NCBI GenBank assembly: GCA_963803435.1
Contig: CAWDML010000001.1
Span: 352,001 to 416,000, forward strand
Source: an uncultured delta proteobacterium
Lineage (GTDB): Bacteria > Myxococcota > Kuafuiibacteriia > Kuafuiibacteriales > Kuafuiibacteriaceae
Direction of reading: 5' to 3'
Length of the DNA stretch: 64,000 nucleotides
Of the stretch, positions 29,697-39,763 are shown in pieces. Within the stretch, counting starts at the first letter, position 1. Each line of letters starts with the position of its first letter. Below the pieces are notes generated by a model. The model was not told where the DNA came from. It did no database searches and saw only the letters and a list, made by a program, of their open reading frames with translations. The translations under genes and the position numbers were made by a program.

Positions 29697-30968
29697 CTAG
29701 AAGTACGCCCTCAGCTCCGCGAGCGCGGTGATCGGATACGCGCCCTGCTCGCTCCGGAGGCGGATCGTCTCGGTGGCGGCGTCGAGAAGCTCGGGGTGGG
29801 GGCCCACCGGCACCGAGAGGAGGAAGGAGACCTCCACCTCGTCGAGCAGCGAGTAGACCAGATACAGCGACAGCGAGAACGAGCGATCGGTCCAGTTGAC
29901 CAGGGCGAGGGCGTCGGCGGTGAGGAGGGGGGTGACCTCGTAGCCGGCGCCGAGGGCGGTGTAGTGGCGTCCGAGGTACAGAGGGCCGGTCGCCAGGTTG
30001 GGATCGATCGGCGTTGCCAGGTAGTCCGCGGGATCGGTGCTTCCGCTGCCGTGGTACAGCTGCTCGAGGCGCAGGTGGAGCGTGCTCTCGAACCGGTGCT
30101 CGAGGCCGAACGCGAGCTCGGCGCGGTTCTTGTCCTGATCGCGCTCGGCAAAGCCGTAGTGGCCCTCGGCGCGCACGCCCAGCCACTCGAACAGCTCGCC
30201 CTGGAGACCGCCGCCGATCACCCAGTAGGCGGGGATCTTGCCGCCCAGGATCGACCACTCGACGTCGAGGAGCGTGGTGGCGAAGCGTCCGATGAACGAG
30301 GAGGCGGTGAAGGATGGTGGATCGTCGACGGCCGGGTCCGATCCGAGCGCGCGGTCGAAGCCGAGCACGCCGAGGAGCGTCAGCTGAGTGAGGTCTCCGA
30401 GCTGGAGCTCGGCGCGGATGGCGTCGACGCCGGGCTTGTAGACGCGGAAGAAGGTGGTGGCGGAGAACGCCTGGAAGAAGTCGTTGGGCGTGAAGTAGTA
30501 CGTGGTCGCCAGGTTGATGGGCTGGCGGCCGATCGTCAGCACGAGCGCCCCCAGATCGACGCGCAGGTTGAGGCGATCGACGGCGAGCTCGGCCGAGGTG
30601 CCGCCGCGGTGATACCACCGCCAGGTGAGGCCGGCGAAGCGACCGGCCTCCGTGACGTCGAAGCCGCCGCCGCCGCCGCCGGTGAGCAGGACCGCGCTCG
30701 AGGCGCCCGACAGGAGCTGGAACACGTGCGCCTCCACCGAGACCTTGCCCAGCGAGAGGCTCCCGATCAGCCTGAGGATCCCGCCCGAGGTGTCGAAGGT
30801 CCGCTCCGCGAACGGCGCGGGTACGCCGTCGATCGTGGCCAGACGGCCGCCCCCTGCGTTCACGCGCGCGCTCCCGGTCAGCTCCAGGGTCTCCGACTCG
30901 TAGAACGCCTGGGCCGGCCACGGAGCGAGGGCGACCATCGCGAGGGCCAGGGCGGGCGCCGTCTTCAC
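29697..30968 (-). CDS. Probable outer-membrane beta-barrel protein associated with the ABC operon
   Basis: Signal peptide; 'IGRQPINL...FTPNDFF...YKPGVDA'; C-terminal beta-signal 'AELRAYF'; GTGA overlap with the ATPase. Confidence 0.7.
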   Translation of the reverse strand: MKTAPALALAMVALAPWPAQAFYESETLELTGSARVNAGGGRLATIDGVPAPFAERTFDTSGGILRLIGSLSLGKVSVEAHVFQLLSGASSAVLLTGGGGGGFDVTEAGRFAGLTWRWYHRGGTSAELAVDRLNLRVDLGALVLTIGRQPINLATTYYFTPNDFFQAFSATTFFRVYKPGVDAIRAELQLGDLTQLTLLGVLGFDRALGSDPAVDDPPSFTASSFIGRFATTLLDVEWSILGGKIPAYWVIGGGLQGELFEWLGVRAEGHYGFAERDQDKNRAELAFGLEHRFESTLHLRLEQLYHGSGSTDPADYLATPIDPNLATGPLYLGRHYTALGAGYEVTPLLTADALALVNWTDRSFSLSLYLVYSLLDEVEVSFLLSVPVGPHPELLDAATETIRLRSEQGAYPITALAELRAYF

Positions 30969-31657
30969 GCGGCGACCTCGTCCGCCTCCACGTGTCCGTC
31001 GCGCATGCGCACGATTCGCCGCGCGCGCTGCATCACCCGATCGTCGTGGGTGGAGAAGACGAACGTGACCCCGTGATCCCGGTTGAGCTGCTCCATGAGC
31101 GCGAGCAGCGCCTCGGCGGTCTCGGAGTCGACGTTGGCGGTCGGCTCGTCGGCCAGCACGATCGCCGGCTTGGTGACGATCGCCCGCGCGATCGCGACGC
31201 GCTGCTGCTGACCGCCCGAGAGCTCGTCTGGCCGCCGGTTCTCGAGCCCGCCCAGGCCGACCGCCGCCAGCACCTCCATCACCCTGACCCGGCGCTCGGA
31301 CTTGCCGACCTTCTGGAGGTCGAGCACGAACTCGGCGTTCTCGTAGGCCGTCAGCACCGGGATCAGGTTGTACGCCTGGAACACGAAGCCGATCCGATCG
31401 CGCCGCAGCCTCGCCAGCTGTGAGCGTCCGAGCGTGGTCAGGTCGACGCCCTCCACCTCGATCCGCCCCTGATCCGGCACGTCGAGCGCGCCGATCATGT
31501 TCAGCATCGTCGTCTTCCCCGAGCCGGAGGGGCCGACCACGGCGGTGAACTCGCCGCGCTGGAAGTCGAGCGTGACGCCGTCGACGGCGCGGACCTCGAT
31601 CGCGCCCTGGTGGTACGTCCTGGTGACGTTGGAGAGCTCCACGATGTTGTCGTTCAT
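30965..31657 (-). CDS. ABC transporter ATP-binding protein (LolD/MacB-like)
   Basis: Walker A GPSGSGKTT; LSGGQQQRVAIARA; LADEPTAN. Confidence 0.95.
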   Translation of the reverse strand: MNDNIVELSNVTRTYHQGAIEVRAVDGVTLDFQRGEFTAVVGPSGSGKTTMLNMIGALDVPDQGRIEVEGVDLTTLGRSQLARLRRDRIGFVFQAYNLIPVLTAYENAEFVLDLQKVGKSERRVRVMEVLAAVGLGGLENRRPDELSGGQQQRVAIARAIVTKPAIVLADEPTANVDSETAEALLALMEQLNRDHGVTFVFSTHDDRVMQRARRIVRMRDGHVEADEVAA

Positions 31658-31664
31658 CTCGTCC

Positions 31665-32897
31665 TCAGATCTCCTTGAGCGTCTGGACCGGCGGATCGCG
31701 GCCCGCCTGCCAGGCCGGGTAGAGGCCTGCCAGCATGGTCAGAAGGAACACTCCGATCAGGATCGCCGCCACGTTCTCGGGGAACAGGTGCAGCCTCAGA
31801 ACCGGATCGATCAGCACTCCGGAAGCGTCGACGTCGGCACCGTACATCCCGGAGATGTCGATGCCGACGCGCGACATGAACAGGTACCAGGGCCCCGACA
31901 GGATCACACCGACGATCGAGCCCACGATCCCCACCATGAACGCCTCCGCGGTCACCAGGCCGAAGAGCTGGCTCGGCATCGAGCCGACCGCCATCATCAC
32001 GCCGAACTCTCGCTTCCGCTCCAGCACGCTCATCAGGATGGTGTTGAGCACGCCCGCGGCGATCAGGATCGCGATCAGCGTCTGGAACAGGTAGTTCATC
32101 GAGCGATCGATCTGGATCAGCCCGGCGATCGAAGACTGGGTCTTCTTCCAGGTCGACACCACCTCGTCCGGGCTCGAGAGCAGCGACCCGAGCACGCCCT
32201 GGTAGTGGTCCGCCTTCCGGTGGTCGTCGATGAAGACGGCCACCAGCGTGGCCTCCTTCTCTCCGTAGCCGAGCGTCTTCCGCACCCGCTCGATCGGGAG
32301 CAGCGCGAAGGCCCCGTCCACGTCGTCGACGCCGGTCTCGAAGATCCCGGACACGCGCGCCACGTCGCTGACGATCTCGCCGTTCGCGTCGACCATCGTG
32401 TAGACGACCCTCTTGTCGAGCCGAAGCCCCAGCTTCTCGGCGAAGATCTTCCCCACCACGATCCCGTGCTCGTGCTCGTCGAAGAGCCGACCTTCGACGA
32501 TCGAGCGGACGAACAGATCCACCTTCGCGCTCTCGGCGCCCGGATGGATCGCGTAGAAGACCCCGCCGGTGCTGTTGTTGGCGGTGGCGAACATCGCCTG
32601 GCCGCTGATGCGAACGTACGCTCCCGTGATCCCGGGCGTGGCCGAGACCCGCTTCGCGAGCGCCTCCGCGTCCACGAGCCGGTGGTCGAGCCCGAGCGAG
32701 TCCAGCCAACCTGCCGGGTGGATCGTGAGGTGCCCGAACCCCATCCGGGCGCTGGTGTCGATCATGCTGTTGTAGGTGTTGCCGCCCATCCCGGTGAACG
32801 TGAACGACAGCCACACGCCGAAGGCCACGCTGCCGAGCGTGATCAGCGTCCTCCGTTTTCGCCGCCAAAGGTTTCGCCACGCCATCCGCCAGAGCAT
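31665..32897 (-). CDS. ABC transporter permease (FtsX/LolE-like)
   Basis: 'MAWRNLWRRKRRTLIT'; 'LNTILMSVLERKREFGVMMAVG'; 'LYPAWQA'. Confidence 0.92.
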   Translation of the reverse strand: MLWRMAWRNLWRRKRRTLITLGSVAFGVWLSFTFTGMGGNTYNSMIDTSARMGFGHLTIHPAGWLDSLGLDHRLVDAEALAKRVSATPGITGAYVRISGQAMFATANNSTGGVFYAIHPGAESAKVDLFVRSIVEGRLFDEHEHGIVVGKIFAEKLGLRLDKRVVYTMVDANGEIVSDVARVSGIFETGVDDVDGAFALLPIERVRKTLGYGEKEATLVAVFIDDHRKADHYQGVLGSLLSSPDEVVSTWKKTQSSIAGLIQIDRSMNYLFQTLIAILIAAGVLNTILMSVLERKREFGVMMAVGSMPSQLFGLVTAEAFMVGIVGSIVGVILSGPWYLFMSRVGIDISGMYGADVDASGVLIDPVLRLHLFPENVAAILIGVFLLTMLAGLYPAWQAGRDPPVQTLKEI

Positions 32898-32906
32898 CGC
32901 TGCCTC

Positions 32907-34127
32907 CTATCGATGATGGATCGCCTCGACCGGGCGGATCAGCGCCGCCTTCAGCCCAGGATAGAGCGCGGCCAGCCCGACCATCACGAAGAGCGAGACG
33001 ACCGGGACCACGACCGACGTGGCGTTGAGCCGGCAGTACCAGATCGGATCGATCGCCACGCCCGAGAACGACATGTCGTTCGCGATCGCCGAGAGATCGA
33101 TCCCGTGCGCCTGATAATAGAGCGAGACCGCGACGCCGAAGGTCACCGCCACCAGCACCGCCAGGGCCGCCTGCGTCATCACCTCCACCAGCACCACCAG
33201 CGCCACCTGGAGCGGCGTCACGCCCAGGGCCTTCATCACCCCGAACTCGCGGATGCGCTCGAACACGCTCATCAGCGTCGCGTTGAGCACGACCATCGCG
33301 ATCGCCGCGTAGGTGACCAGCAGCATGAACAGGCTGCTGGCGCCGCTCAGGTCGAGCATCTTGGCCAGCGCCGGCTGGAGCTTGCGCCAGGTCAGCACTT
33401 CCTCGCCGGGCGCGGCCGCCGCCACCACCTTCTCGGCATCGTCGAGCGGGACGTCCCGGTCCGGACGGACGACCACGATCTCGTGGGCGCCCTCGGGCAG
33501 CACCATCAGCTCGCGAAAAGCGCTCTCGACCATCAACAGACCCCCGCGGTCGATCGCGTCGCCGACGCTCTTCAGGATCCCGCGCACGCGGTACAGGTCG
33601 TTGGCCATCGATCCGTCGGCCGCCTGGCTCACCAGCACCACCTCCACGCCGACTTTCGCGCGGAGCGTGCGCGCCAGCTTCCGCCCGATCACGACGCCCT
33701 TCGGATCGGACGGCGAGAGCCACTCACCCGCGTCGAGGTGACGGTGGATCTCGGTGACCGTGTCCTCGCGCGCGACGTCGTAGCCCCGGATCTGGACGCC
33801 CGCGGACGACTGGCCCACCGCCGCCAGGCCGAACGCGTACAGGCGGTGTGCAGAGCGGTAGCCCTCCGCGTCGAGCGTGCGCTCGATGGCGCCCGGATCG
33901 GGGATGGTCGCGTAGAGCGTCGGATCGCGGCGGTAGCCCTCCGGGTGGATCTGGAGATCGCCCAGCTCCATGGTCAGAGCGTTCCGCTCCATGGTCGCGA
34001 ACAGGCCCGCCATCAGCGCCGAGTAGAAGATCATGATGAAGCCGGCCAGCCCCATCGCACCCGTGGTCACGAGCGTGCGCCGGTGATTCCGACCGATGCT
34101 CCGCATGCCGATGCCCAGGATGTTCAT
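32907..34127 (-). CDS. ABC transporter permease (FtsX/LolE-like)
   Basis: 'RSIGRNHRRTLVT'; 'LMSVFERIREFGVMKALG'; 'LYPGLKAALIRPVEAI'. Confidence 0.92.
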   Translation of the reverse strand: MNILGIGMRSIGRNHRRTLVTTGAMGLAGFIMIFYSALMAGLFATMERNALTMELGDLQIHPEGYRRDPTLYATIPDPGAIERTLDAEGYRSAHRLYAFGLAAVGQSSAGVQIRGYDVAREDTVTEIHRHLDAGEWLSPSDPKGVVIGRKLARTLRAKVGVEVVLVSQAADGSMANDLYRVRGILKSVGDAIDRGGLLMVESAFRELMVLPEGAHEIVVVRPDRDVPLDDAEKVVAAAAPGEEVLTWRKLQPALAKMLDLSGASSLFMLLVTYAAIAMVVLNATLMSVFERIREFGVMKALGVTPLQVALVVLVEVMTQAALAVLVAVTFGVAVSLYYQAHGIDLSAIANDMSFSGVAIDPIWYCRLNATSVVVPVVSLFVMVGLAALYPGLKAALIRPVEAIHHR

Positions 34128-34879
34128 CTCGCGTCTTTCCGCAGGCTCCCCAGGGAGAAGAAGGAGTCGGGGATGCTCTTCTCGAACTCGAGCGAGTCGT
34201 AGGAGAGCTCCGTGTACTCACCCTTCTTGTCCTCGGGCACCATGCGCAGCACCGACGGCGCCTGCTTTCCGCCGAGGTTCGTGATCTTCGAGTAGGTGGC
34301 CGTGCGCGCCACCTTCATGTCCTCGTCGTAGTAGGTCGCCTTGCGGGGTAGATGATCGGCCGCGCCGAGCTCCATCACGATCTTGCCCCAGACCACCGCC
34401 GCGTCCGGCCTGGGCGTCAGCGTCAGCTCGATGATCTTCTCGCCGCCGCGATCGCCCTCGAAGGTGATGGCGGTGTCGTAGTCCTCGCGGAGGCGCGACT
34501 CCTTCACCAGGTCGTCGTTCGTGAAGTGGCTCCCCATCCAGGAGCCGAGCATCATTCCCGAGGTCAGGCGGATGGTCCGGTCCGTCTTGGGCAGATACGT
34601 GTAGACACTGTTGCCCGACTTCAGCGTGGCGGTCCCCTTCTCCTTGAGCGGCTCGAGGATCCGAACCAGCGTCTTCTCCTTGCCCTTCGACCAGGCGCGC
34701 ATCTTCATGGTCCGGGTGTAGTGCTGCGTCTTGACCGTCATGCTCAGCACGGCCTCGGAGGAGCTGCCCCGCCACAGGTCGTCGATCTCGTCGAGCAGCC
34801 GGTCGACGCGCGGATCGCTCGCAGCCGCCGCGGGCCGAGCGATCGCGACCAGACAGATACCCAACACAAGCGCTTTCAT
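34124..34879 (-). CDS. Outer-membrane lipoprotein-sorting protein (LolA-like, TP0789-type)
   Basis: Signal peptide MKALVLGICLVAIARPAAAA; 'PLKEKGTATLK', 'SWMGSHFTNDDLVKES', 'IPDSFFS'. Confidence 0.85.
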   Translation of the reverse strand: MKALVLGICLVAIARPAAAASDPRVDRLLDEIDDLWRGSSSEAVLSMTVKTQHYTRTMKMRAWSKGKEKTLVRILEPLKEKGTATLKSGNSVYTYLPKTDRTIRLTSGMMLGSWMGSHFTNDDLVKESRLREDYDTAITFEGDRGGEKIIELTLTPRPDAAVVWGKIVMELGAADHLPRKATYYDEDMKVARTATYSKITNLGGKQAPSVLRMVPEDKKGEYTELSYDSLEFEKSIPDSFFSLGSLRKDAR

Positions 34880-35493
34880 CCCTGCTCCTTTGGCGCGAGC
34901 AGATCGCGCCACAACCCGATCAACATCGTGACCGTTCGATCGACGTCTTCATCCACCGCGAACTGTCCGAACTGATCGATCATCCAGAAGTCGATGGCCT
35001 CGCCCATCGCGAAGCCGACGCTCACCAGCAGCGACTGGGGGAGATCGGTCCGGACCGCGCCCACCGCCTGCCCGTGCGCGATGATCATCCCGGTCATCTC
35101 CATGATGCGCGCGTAGATCCCGGCGATCGGCCCCTCGCGAAGATGGCGGACGTCCCGAAGGCCCCGCGCCAGCGAGGCGAGCTCCGGACGATCGATCGCA
35201 AACTGGATACTCTTCCGGAAGAGCCGCTCGAGCACCTCCCAGAATTCGCCTTCGAGCGAGAGCGGTCCCAGGCTCTCGATCATCTCCCGCTCCACGTCCT
35301 CGAGGACGGCGGCGTAGAGATCGATCTTGTCGTCGAAGTAGTAATACATGGCCCCCTTGGACAGGCCGGCCTTCTCGATGATCTGGTTGTAGGAAGCGCC
35401 CTCGAAGCCGCTCTCGGCGAACTCGGCTCGCGCCACCGTCAGGATCCCCTGCCGCTTCTCTTCACTGAGCTTGTAGAAACGAGGCCTTGGCAT
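34876..35493 (-). CDS. TetR/AcrR family regulator heading the ABC operon
   Basis: 'EFAESGFEGASYNQIIEKAGLSKGAMYYYFDDKIDLY'. Confidence 0.93.
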   Translation of the reverse strand: MPRPRFYKLSEEKRQGILTVARAEFAESGFEGASYNQIIEKAGLSKGAMYYYFDDKIDLYAAVLEDVEREMIESLGPLSLEGEFWEVLERLFRKSIQFAIDRPELASLARGLRDVRHLREGPIAGIYARIMEMTGMIIAHGQAVGAVRTDLPQSLLVSVGFAMGEAIDFWMIDQFGQFAVDEDVDRTVTMLIGLWRDLLAPKEQG

Positions 35494-35497
35494 CGGG

Positions 35498-35538
35498 TTA
35501 GACCCATGGTCGTACCACTGGTTCGACTGATGGTCTAA
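35498..35538. promoter_or_regulatory. Putative operator: three 12-bp-period GACC-N3-GGTC-like units bounded by TTAGACC/GGTCTAA
   Basis: tta-gacccatggtcg-taccactggttc-gactgatggtct-aa directly upstream of tetR. Confidence 0.5.
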
Positions 35539-35586
35539 GACTGAATCGCCTTTCGGCGGGCGTCAAGCGTTGGTAGACGAGTCGTC

Positions 35587-36126
35587 CTGATCGCCCAGAT
35601 CCAATCGAAGCTGAAGCCCATCTTCTCGCCTCGTTTCCTCAAGTTCGGCTTCGTCGGCGCCGCCGGGATTGCGGTCAACCTCAGCTTCCTCTTCCTCTTC
35701 TCCGACGTCCTCCAGCTGCACACCAACATCGCCGCCGGCCTCGCGATCGAGGTGTCGATCATCAACAACTTTCTCATCAACGATCGCTGGACGTTCGCCG
35801 ACCGTCGCGACGCGGGACGTCCGTTCTGGCGCCGGGGCCTCCACTTTCACGCGGTCTCGCTCGTCGGCGCCGTGGTTCAGCTCCTGGTGTTCGTCGGCGG
35901 GAACGCGATGTGGATGTACCTGACCTATTCGGACGCGCGCATCGACGCCTACTTCGCCACCGCCGGCACCTGGTTCCATCGCTTCGTGGTGCACCCGTTC
36001 GTCTCACCGCCGGACGTCGGCCCGCTCAAGTACGTCTCCCAGCTGGTCGGCATCGGGATCGCCGTGGTCTGGAACTTCCTCGCCAACTTCCACTGGACGT
36101 GGCGCGCCGACGGGAGCCAGCCGTGA
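35587..36126 (+). CDS. GtrA family protein (start uncertain, possibly CTG)
   Basis: The frame of ORF 35752 extends upstream through 'RFLKFGFVGAAGIAVNL...AIEVSIINNFLINDRWTF'; ends 'WNFLANFHWTW'. No ATG/GTG/TTG between the stop at 35542 and the conserved region. Confidence 0.85.
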   Translation: MIAQIQSKLKPIFSPRFLKFGFVGAAGIAVNLSFLFLFSDVLQLHTNIAAGLAIEVSIINNFLINDRWTFADRRDAGRPFWRRGLHFHAVSLVGAVVQLLVFVGGNAMWMYLTYSDARIDAYFATAGTWFHRFVVHPFVSPPDVGPLKYVSQLVGIGIAVVWNFLANFHWTWRADGSQP

Positions 36127-36851
36127 TCCCCGCCGCCGACTGGCGCGCCGGCGAGACGGCCCTCATCTGCATCCCCACCTACAACGAGCGCGAGAACATC
36201 GAGCTGATCGTGCCGGCCGTGCTCGCCTCGGTCCCGAAGGCGCACGTGCTGGTGATCGACGACAACTCGCCCGACGGCACCGGCGACATCGCCGACCGCA
36301 TCGCCGCCGGCGACGACCGCGTCCACGTCCTCCATCGAGGCGGCAAGGAGGGGCTCGGCAAGGCGTACCTCGACGGCTTTCGCTGGGCCGTCGCCGCCGG
36401 CTACCGCTACCTGTTCGAGTGCGACGCCGACTTCTCCCACGACCCGAAGTACCTCCCCACCTTCATGGAGATCCTCCAGGACGCCGACGTGGTGGTGGGC
36501 TCGCGGCGCATCCCCGGCGGCGGCGTCGAGAACTGGGGCGCGCTCCGCCGTCTCGTCTCCTGGGGCGGCAGCATGTACGCGATGACGATCCTCGGCGTCG
36601 GCGTCCGCGATCTCACCGGCGGCTTCAACGGCTTCCGCACCGAAGTCATCGAGGCCATCGGTCTCGACGGCTTCGAGACCAGCGGCTACGGCTTCCAGAT
36701 CGAGGTGAAGTTCCGAGCGATCCGCGCCGGGTTCAAGGTGGTCGAGGCGCCGATCGTGTTTCCCGACCGGGTCCGAGGAAAGTCGAAGATGAGCCCGGCC
36801 ATCATGCGCGAAGCCATGGTGAATGTGATAAAGCTTCGCCTCGGAAAATGA
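36123..36851 (+). CDS. Polyprenol-monophosphomannose synthase-like GT2 (DPM1/Ppm1-like)
   Basis: 'IPTYNERENI', 'IDDNSPDGTG', 'CDADFSHDP', 'DLTGGF', 'FPDRVRGKSKMS'; GTGA overlap. Confidence 0.92.
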   Translation: MIPAADWRAGETALICIPTYNERENIELIVPAVLASVPKAHVLVIDDNSPDGTGDIADRIAAGDDRVHVLHRGGKEGLGKAYLDGFRWAVAAGYRYLFECDADFSHDPKYLPTFMEILQDADVVVGSRRIPGGGVENWGALRRLVSWGGSMYAMTILGVGVRDLTGGFNGFRTEVIEAIGLDGFETSGYGFQIEVKFRAIRAGFKVVEAPIVFPDRVRGKSKMSPAIMREAMVNVIKLRLGK

Positions 36852-38731
36852 GCACCGACGATCAGGGGCACGGCCACGGAAGGCTCCTTCCGCTCGCGCT
36901 CGGTGCGCTGGGCGTGGTGTACGGCGACATCGGTACCAGCCCACTCTACGCGCTCCGTGAATGCTTTCACGGCCACATGGAGCCCACCGCCGACAACGTG
37001 CTCGGTGTGCTCTCGCTGATCGTCTGGTCGCTGACCATCGTCATCGCGATCAAGTACCTCGTGATCGTGCTGCGGGCGGACAACGAGGGTGAGGGCGGCA
37101 TCCTGGCGCTGATGGCGCTGGTGGTGGAGGACCTGCTCGGACACAACGCGCGCGGGTTCAGCCGGGGCGCGCTGATCGCGCTCGGTCTCTTCGGTGCCGC
37201 CCTGCTCTACGGCGACGGCATGATCACGCCCGCGATCTCGGTCCTCAGCGCCGTCGAGGGGCTCGAGGTGGCCACGCCGGTCCTCACGCGCTACGTCGTT
37301 CCGATCACCATCGTCATCCTGTTCGGCCTCTTCTGGGTCCAGCGGCGCGGGACCGAGCGCATCGGCATCGTCTTCGGCCCCATCATGCTGCTCTGGTTCG
37401 CCACCCTGGCGGTCCTCGGCGTCCGCATGATCCTGGTGCACCCGTCGGTCCTGGCGGCGCTCCTCCCGCAGCACGCGATCCTCTTTCTCCTCGAGCACGG
37501 GCGCCTCGGCTTCGTCGTCCTGGGCGCGGTCTTCCTGGTGGTGACCGGCGGCGAGGCCCTCTACGCCGACATGGGTCACTTCGGACGCCGGCCGATCCAG
37601 CTCGGCTGGTTCTCGCTGGTGTTCCCGGCGCTGCTGCTCAACTATCTCGGCCAGGGCGCGCTGCTCCTCGAGAACCCCGCCAGCATCGAGAACCCGTTCT
37701 ATCTCCTGGCACCGGGGTGGAGCCTCTACCCGATGGTGATCCTGGCGACCGCCGCCACGGTGATCGCGTCGCAAGCCGTGATCTCGGGGGCGTTCTCGCT
37801 GACGCTCCAGGCGGTGCAGTTCGGCTATCTGCCGCGCGTGCTCATCGAGCACACGTCCGCCCGTCAGTTCGGTCAGATCTACGTCCCCTTCATCAACTGG
37901 ACGCTGCTCGCCGCCACCATCGGCCTGGTACTCGGCTTCCAGCGCTCCACCGACCTGGCCGCCGCCTACGGCATCGCGGTCACCACCACCATGGTGATCA
38001 CCGACGTCCTGGTCGCCGTCGCCATGCGCCAGCTCTTCAAGTGGGAGCTCTTTCCGGTGGTCCTGCTGACGGCCCTCTTCTTCGCCGTCGACATCTCGTA
38101 CTTCGCGGGCAACATCGTGAAGGTCGCCGAGGGCGGCTGGTTCCCGCTGGGGGTCGGCATCGGGATCTTCGTGGTGATGGCGACCTGGCGTCGCGGGCGA
38201 CAGCTCCTCGGCATCCGCATCCGCGAGGGCGTGATGTCGCTCGACGACTTCAAGCAGCGGATCGCCGACGACGAACCGGCCCGCGTCCCCGGCGTCTTCG
38301 TCTTCATGACCAGCAGCCTGCAGACGGCCCCGCTGGCGTTGATCAAGAACTACCACCACAACCGCGTGCTCCCCGAGCGGATCGTGTTCATGACCGTGCA
38401 GACGACCACGCAGGCCCGGGTCCGCGGCAAGCGCTGGAGCTACCAGGACCTGGGCGGCGGCTTCTCCTCGATCGTCATCCGGTACGGCTTCGTGGAGCGG
38501 CCGAACGTCCCGCACGTCCTCGGATTGGTGGCCGCCGAGCACGAGATCGATCTGGACGCCATCACCTACGTGCTCGGTCGTGAGACCGTGCTCGCCACCG
38601 ATCGCCCCGGGATGGCGATCTGGCGCGAGAAGCTGTTCTCGTTCCTGGCGAGGAACGCGCTGCGGGCGACGGCCTACTTCCAGCTTCCGCCCGACAAGGT
38701 CCTGGAGATCGGGGCGCAGATCGACATCTGA
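36848..38731 (+). CDS. kup: Potassium transporter Kup
   Basis: 'GVVYGDIGTSPLY', 'ADNEGEGG', 'YGDGMITPAISVLSAVEG', 'GGEALYADMGHFG', 'GQIYVP'. Confidence 0.96.
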   Translation: MSTDDQGHGHGRLLPLALGALGVVYGDIGTSPLYALRECFHGHMEPTADNVLGVLSLIVWSLTIVIAIKYLVIVLRADNEGEGGILALMALVVEDLLGHNARGFSRGALIALGLFGAALLYGDGMITPAISVLSAVEGLEVATPVLTRYVVPITIVILFGLFWVQRRGTERIGIVFGPIMLLWFATLAVLGVRMILVHPSVLAALLPQHAILFLLEHGRLGFVVLGAVFLVVTGGEALYADMGHFGRRPIQLGWFSLVFPALLLNYLGQGALLLENPASIENPFYLLAPGWSLYPMVILATAATVIASQAVISGAFSLTLQAVQFGYLPRVLIEHTSARQFGQIYVPFINWTLLAATIGLVLGFQRSTDLAAAYGIAVTTTMVITDVLVAVAMRQLFKWELFPVVLLTALFFAVDISYFAGNIVKVAEGGWFPLGVGIGIFVVMATWRRGRQLLGIRIREGVMSLDDFKQRIADDEPARVPGVFVFMTSSLQTAPLALIKNYHHNRVLPERIVFMTVQTTTQARVRGKRWSYQDLGGGFSSIVIRYGFVERPNVPHVLGLVAAEHEIDLDAITYVLGRETVLATDRPGMAIWREKLFSFLARNALRATAYFQLPPDKVLEIGAQIDI

Positions 38732-38739
38732 CCGGAGCC

Positions 38740-39699
38740 TCAGCGCTCCGGCCAGAACGCCACGCGCGCGCCCTCCGGGATCGACGACCCCGATAGATAG
38801 GCGCGCTGGAGCAGCGCCCACTCGTAGCGATACGACGCCCGATCGTAGAGCCGGCCTTCGAGCTGGATCGGTCCCCAGTCGCGATCCCGAGCGGCCAGCA
38901 GGATCCCGGCGGCGCGCGCCACGTCCTCCTCGGCCGGACGAAACGCCTCGATGATCGGCTCGATCTGCGCCGGGTGGACCGACCACATCCGCAGGAAGCC
39001 CAGCTCGCGGTGGGCGCGCTCGGCGTCGCTCTTCACCCGGGCTGCGTCCCTGAGATCGATCGTCACGTTGTGCGACGGCACGGTGCTGTTCGCCAGCGCG
39101 GCGGCGGCGATCCGGGCCTTGGCGCGACGGACCAGGGCGTGCTCGAACTGGCCCGGCGAGCGCATCGCGGAGCTGGGGATCGCGCCGTGATGGGCCGAGA
39201 CGAAGTCCATGAGGCCGAAGTCGAGGACCTCGACCTCTTCGAGCGCCGCGATCGCGAAGGCGTCGGAGAGCGCTCCGTGCGTCTCGATCAGGACGTGCAG
39301 CGGGAGCGTCCCGGTGAAGGGCAGGACCGCCTTCACATCCTCCACGCTGCGGGCCTTGGGGAGCGTGAGGTAGCGGAGCGAAGCGCGCGCCCCGCCGAGC
39401 ACGATCGACAGGTCCTGCTCGAAGCAGGGGTGATGGATCCCATGGACGCGCACGCCGCGCCGGTGTCCGTCGCCGCCGGCCCCTCGGAGCAGCTCCACCA
39501 CCATTTCGGCGTGCGCGCGCTCTCGACCTTCGGGTGCGCCGTCCTCGAGGTCCAGCGTCACGTCGAACAGCGGGAGCGTTCGCTGGAGCTCGATCGCTTT
39601 GTTGATCAACTTCTCGGACCCGGCGTAATGCTCACACACCGGAAGCGACGGGAAAGGCGCACCTTCATCGTAGAACGCTTCGCTGGGGTGGCGCACCAT
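38740..39699 (-). CDS. HpcH/HpaI aldolase / citrate lyase beta family protein
   Basis: 'CEHYAGSEK', 'LDLEDGAP', 'LIETHGAL', 'DFGLMDFVSAHHGAI', 'MWSVHPAQI'. Confidence 0.88.
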   Translation of the reverse strand: MVRHPSEAFYDEGAPFPSLPVCEHYAGSEKLINKAIELQRTLPLFDVTLDLEDGAPEGRERAHAEMVVELLRGAGGDGHRRGVRVHGIHHPCFEQDLSIVLGGARASLRYLTLPKARSVEDVKAVLPFTGTLPLHVLIETHGALSDAFAIAALEEVEVLDFGLMDFVSAHHGAIPSSAMRSPGQFEHALVRRAKARIAAAALANSTVPSHNVTIDLRDAARVKSDAERAHRELGFLRMWSVHPAQIEPIIEAFRPAEEDVARAAGILLAARDRDWGPIQLEGRLYDRASYRYEWALLQRAYLSGSSIPEGARVAFWPER

Positions 39700-39763
39700 C
39701 GCGAGGTGCATACGCCCAAAGCCGGCGTTGATCGACCGTGATCTTCTCGATAGCGCTGCCCGC

